Source: Anthoceros angustus (Eukaryota > Plantae > Anthocerotophyta). From it: 64,000 nucleotides of DNA. The DNA lies in assembly GCA_010909165.1 (NCBI GenBank), contig VJWM01000025.1, forward strand, positions 1,240,001-1,304,000, written 5' to 3'. Of the stretch, positions 59,501 to 64,000 are shown piece by piece (the stretch's first letter is position 1; the number at the start of each line of letters is the position of its first letter). A program made the position numbers and the translations under genes. The notes beneath the pieces were generated by a model. It was not told the DNA's origin, did no database searches, and saw nothing but the letters and a program-made list of their open reading frames with translations.

Positions 59501-62500
59501 TCACGGTCGACCCTTACAACTGCAAGAACCATCTGCAAATCGATGCACACGGTAGCCATCCCTTACAACAATGTCTCTCTGTTCAAGCCTAGACATGATC
59601 TCCGTGGAACTGTGGCAGTCACTGCACATGCGTAGATTCTTCGTTACCACCAGAGGTGTCCCACTGGAGTGTTCAAGAGACCAAACGCCAGAGCTAGCTT
59701 CTCAGCATGCCCACAAAGCGCATCTTCCTTTTCCTTCTCACACAGTGGTCTCAACACCAACTTTGTATGAGGTGCGTGGCCTCCTTGCTGCTTCAGATGT
59801 GCATTTGTGCTCTCTTCCTTAAGCGCAATATCCTCTCCTTTCTCCCACCAGAAATCTATGTACCTGCTTATTCACCTCAATGGTCGCCACTGCAGGTTTC
59901 TTGTTAGCTCCTGCTACCATTCTCTGTGTTTCAATCCTGTCTACATCGGTCCACCTACCTGCATCTGCGTAGGCATTGGCCATGAGCACATATGCAGACG
60001 CCTGCTGAGGGTCCAGCCTAACAATGCTTTCAAAACACCACATCGCCCTCTCCAGATCCCCGTGACTTTTGCAGGCATTCAACAAGGACGTCAAACCCAC
60101 AGCGTTGCTGTGGCCCTCACATGATAGTAGCATCTCCTCTGCCTCATCTAAATGGCCTGCACGTCCAAGAAGATCAATCATGCAGTTGTGATGCTCAATA
60201 GTAGGTTTGATGCCATGCTGCTCAGCCATGGAATCAAAGTGCTTGCGTCCCTCGTGGACCAGTCCCCCATGACTGCACGCTGCTAGAAGGCAAATAAAAG
60301 TAACACCGTCAGGCTGAACACCAGCAACTAACATGTCCTGAAAACAAGCTAGCGCTCTGCGACCATCATCACAAGTACCGTATCCAGATATCAGGGCATT
60401 CCATGTCACCACATTCTTTGTGGCCATGCTGTTAAATACCCGGCGCGTATCTTCCAGTTCACCACATTTTGCATACATGTCCATCAGACAGGTGCCCAAC
60501 ACTACATCCAGCAGTCCTCTTTCAACAATCTGTGAGTGTAGATCCCTGCCCTTCTGCAAGGCACCAGTGCTTGCACAGGCCTTCAGAAGGCAAGAAAAAG
60601 TAACATGGTCAGCCAAAATGAGGCTCTCCTGCTCCATTTGTCCATACAGAACAAGCGCCTCTTGGCTGAGTCCTTGCTGTACATACCCAGCTATCAGGGA
60701 ATTCCATGTCACCACATCCTTTGTGGCCAAGCTTTCAAAAACCTGATGTGCATCTCTCAGTTCACCACATTTTCCATACATGTCCACCAGGCAGTTGCCC
60801 AGCAATACATTATCCAGGAGTCCTCGTTCAACAATCTGTAAGTGCAGCTCCCTGCCCTTCTCTAAGGCACCAGTGATTGCACAGGCCTTTAGAAGGCAAG
60901 CAAAAGTAACATGGTCAGCCACAATGAGGCCCTCCTGCTCCATTTGTCCATACACAGCAAGCGCCTCTTGGCCGAGGGCTTGCTGTGCATACCCAGCAAT
61001 CAGCATTCCATGTCACCACATCCTTTGCGGCCAGGCTTTCAAAAACCTGGCGAGCATCTTCCAGTTCCCCACATTTTGCATACATGTCCACCAGGCAGTT
61101 GCCCAACACTACGTCATCCAGCAGTCCTCTTTCGACAATCTGTGAGTGCAGCTGCCTGCCCTTCTGTAAGGCTCCAGTGCTTGCACAGGCCTTCAGAAGG
61201 CAAGCAAAAGTAACATGGTCAGCCAAAATGAGGCCCTCCTCCATTTGTCCATACACACAAGCGCCTCTTGGCGAGTCCTTGCTGTGCATACCCAGCAATC
61301 AGGGCATTCCATGTCACTACATCCTTTGCGGCCATGCTGTCAAAAACCTGGCGTGCATCTTCCAGTTCACCACAGTTTGCATACATGTCCACCAGGCAGT
61401 GCCAACACTACGTCATCCAGCAGTCCTCTTTGACAATCTGTGAGTGCAGCTGCCTGCCCTTCTGTAAGGCACCAGTGCTTGCACAGGCCTTCAGAAGGCA
61501 AGCAAAAGTAACATGGTCAGATAAAATGAGGCCCTCCTGCTCAAATTGTCCATACAAATCAAGTGCCTCATGACCAAGTCCTTGCTCTGCATACGCCGAT
61601 ATCAGGGCATTCCATGTCACTACATCCTTTGCGGCCATGCTGTCAAAAACCTGGCGTGCATCTTCCAGTTCACCACAGTTTGCATACATATCTACCAGGC
61701 AGTTGCTCAACACTATGTCATCCAGCAGTCCTCTTTCCACAATCTCTGAGTGCAGCTGCCTGCCCTTCTGTAAGGCACCAGTGCGTGCACAGGCCTTCAG
61801 AAGGCAGGCAAAAGTAACCTGGTCAGCCAAAATAAGGCCTTCCTGCTCCATTTGTTCATACACAACAAGCGCCTCTTGGCCGAGTCCTTGCTGTGCATAC
61901 CCAGCAATCAGTGCCGTCCATGTCACCACATCCTTTGTGGCCAAGCACTCAAAAACCCGGCGTGCATCCTCCAGTTCACCACATTTTACATACATGTCCA
62001 TCAGGCAATTGCCCAACACTACGTCATCCAGCAGTCCCCTTTGAACAATCTGTGAGTCCAGCTCCCTGCCCTTCTGTAAGGCACCAGTGCTTGCACAGGC
62101 CTTCAGAAGGCAAGCAAAAGTGACATGGTCAGCCAAAATGAGGCCCTCCTGCTCCATTTGTCCGTACAGAACAAGTGCCTCTTGGCTGAGTCCTTGCTGC
62201 GCATACCCAGAAATCAGCGCCGTCCACGTCACCACATCCTTGGTGGCCAAGTCTTCAAAAACCTGACGTGCATCATTCAGTTCACCACATTTTGCATACA
62301 TGTCCACCAGGCAGTTACCCAACACCACATTGCCCAGCAGTCCTCTTTCCACAATCTGCGAGTGCAGCTGCCGGCCCTTCAGTAAAGCACTAGTGCTCGC
62401 ACAGGCCTTTAAAAGGCAAGCAAAAGTGACATGGTCAGCCAAAATGAGGCCCTCCTTCTCCATTTGTCCATACACAACAAGCGCCTCATGTCCGAGTCCT

Positions 62501-64000
62501 TGCTGTGCATACCCAGCAATCAGGGCATGTCCATGTCACCACATCCTTTGTCCCAAGCTGTCAAAAACCTGCATCTTCCAGTTCACCACATTTTGCATAC
62601 ATGTCCACCAGGCAGGTGCCCACCACTACGTCATCCAGCAGTCCTCTTTCACAATCTGTGAGTGCAGCTGCCGGCCCTTCAGTAAAGCACTAGTGCTCGC
62701 ACAGGCCTTTAAAAGGCAAGCAAAAGTGACATGGTCAGCCAAAATGAGGCCCTCCTTCTCCATTTGTCCATACACGGCAAGCGCCTCATGGCCGAGTCCT
62801 TGCTGTGCATACCCAGCAATTAGCGCTGTCCATGTCACCACATTCTTTGTCCCCAAGCTGTCAAAAACCTGGCGGGCATCTTCCAATTCACCACATTTTG
62901 CATACATGTCCACCAGGCAGGTGCCCACCATTATGTCATCCAGCAGTCCTCTTTTCACAATCTGTGAGTGTAGCTGCCTGCCCTTCTGCAATTCACCAGT
63001 GCTTGCACAGGCCTTCAGAAGGCAAGCGAAAGTAACATGGTCAGATAAAATGAGGCCCTCCTGCTCCATTTGTCCATACAGAACAAGCGCCTCATGTCCG
63101 AGCCCTTGCTGTGCATACCCAATCAGGCATTCCATGTCACCACATCCTTTGACGCCATGCTGTCAAAGACCTGGCGTGCATCTTGCAGTTCACCGCATTT
63201 TGCATACATGTCCACCAGGGAGGTGGCAACAAACACGTCTGTAGGAATGCCGCTGTGCAATACATCACAGTGCACATTCCTGCCAGATTCCAAATCAACC
63301 GCAAATGCACAAGCTTGAAGGGCAGCTACAAAGACGTGAGCATCCGCCTTCACTCCTGACCTACGCATCTCATGGTACAGCTGCACGGCCTCATTGGGTT
63401 TCCCATGCTTAGCGTATGCGGAGATTATGGAAGACCACATGAAGACATCTGGTTTCCCCACCTTGGTGAGAACATTTCTGGCTTCCTCTAGCCTACCTCC
63501 ATATGCATACATGCGCAAGATATGATTCCCCAAGTACACATTCGACTCGTACCCAAGTTTGACAGTGAGATCATGAACTCGTCGCCCCAGAATCAAATCC
63601 TTTTTAGCTGTACACAGTTTTAGCACAGTGTAGAACAGAGACCGAGAAATAGCAGACTCTGTCTGCGCCAGAGATTCCAGGGCTCCAACTGCCTCAGAAA
63701 GCTTCCCCTGCTGACATAACACGGTTACGGTTCCAGCCGTTAGGAAGCCCATTTCCGATCCTGCACGCCTGCCAGGTTCAGACTTATTATCCAAAGAGCT
63801 GGACTTGGAAGCAGAGGCACCATGACCCATCTGCATATCCAAGGAAACGAGCTGCTCATCAACCCAAGCTGGTTTAGACACGTCATTTAACCACAGGACC
63901 TCGCCGGACCCCTTACGCCGGAAGTCAGGCAAACCGGAGCTCCTCGTGCCTCGTCTGTTGTCCCACCACATCGTAGGGTCCAGGAAAAATTGTTGCCACA
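59501..64000 (-). CDS. Second PDF-PLS-PPR-DYW:KP (GRP) paralog, convergent with the first; 5' end outside the window; several apparent frameshifts
   Basis: WQQFFLDPTMWWDNRR...PDFRRKGSGEVLWL, about 10 306-bp repeat units, KKPAVATIEV, HAEKLA and CSCKGRP* (stop at 59501-59503). Confidence 0.85.

Noticed and set aside
1-64000. tRNA, rRNA and snRNA genes
   Set aside because: None recognised by eye; a covariance-model scan would be needed to exclude them.

Overview
Compact, GC-rich land-plant nuclear DNA with short GT-AG introns. It is most likely a hornwort, an inference from three DYW:KP-type PPR genes (a family restricted to hornworts, ferns and some lycophytes) plus the gene density. Left to right: the 3' end of a Sec24 paralog (1-114); a nested transposon region (~1.6-12.8 kb) holding a full-length Ty1/copia element with non-TG..CA termini and two extra ORFs, plus a non-autonomous TIR element with a 4-bp TSD; then a gene-dense block of TRM/LONGIFOLIA, a DYW:KP PPR ending in DHH, an ANTH clathrin-assembly protein, ATG3, RPS3, an NPF transporter, a 2.3-kb near-identical tandem duplication (ARM gene plus PPR remnant) and Sec24; finally two convergent, paralogous GRP-type DYW:KP PLS-PPR genes built from near-identical 306-bp repeats. 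Both GRP genes carry an N-terminal motif matching the ssDNA-binding PDF motif of OSB proteins, fused to a candidate U-to-C RNA editor; this is the most interesting signal in the window. Many frameshifts cluster in repeats and homopolymers and may be long-read consensus errors. All calls come from reading the sequence by eye; no searches were run.
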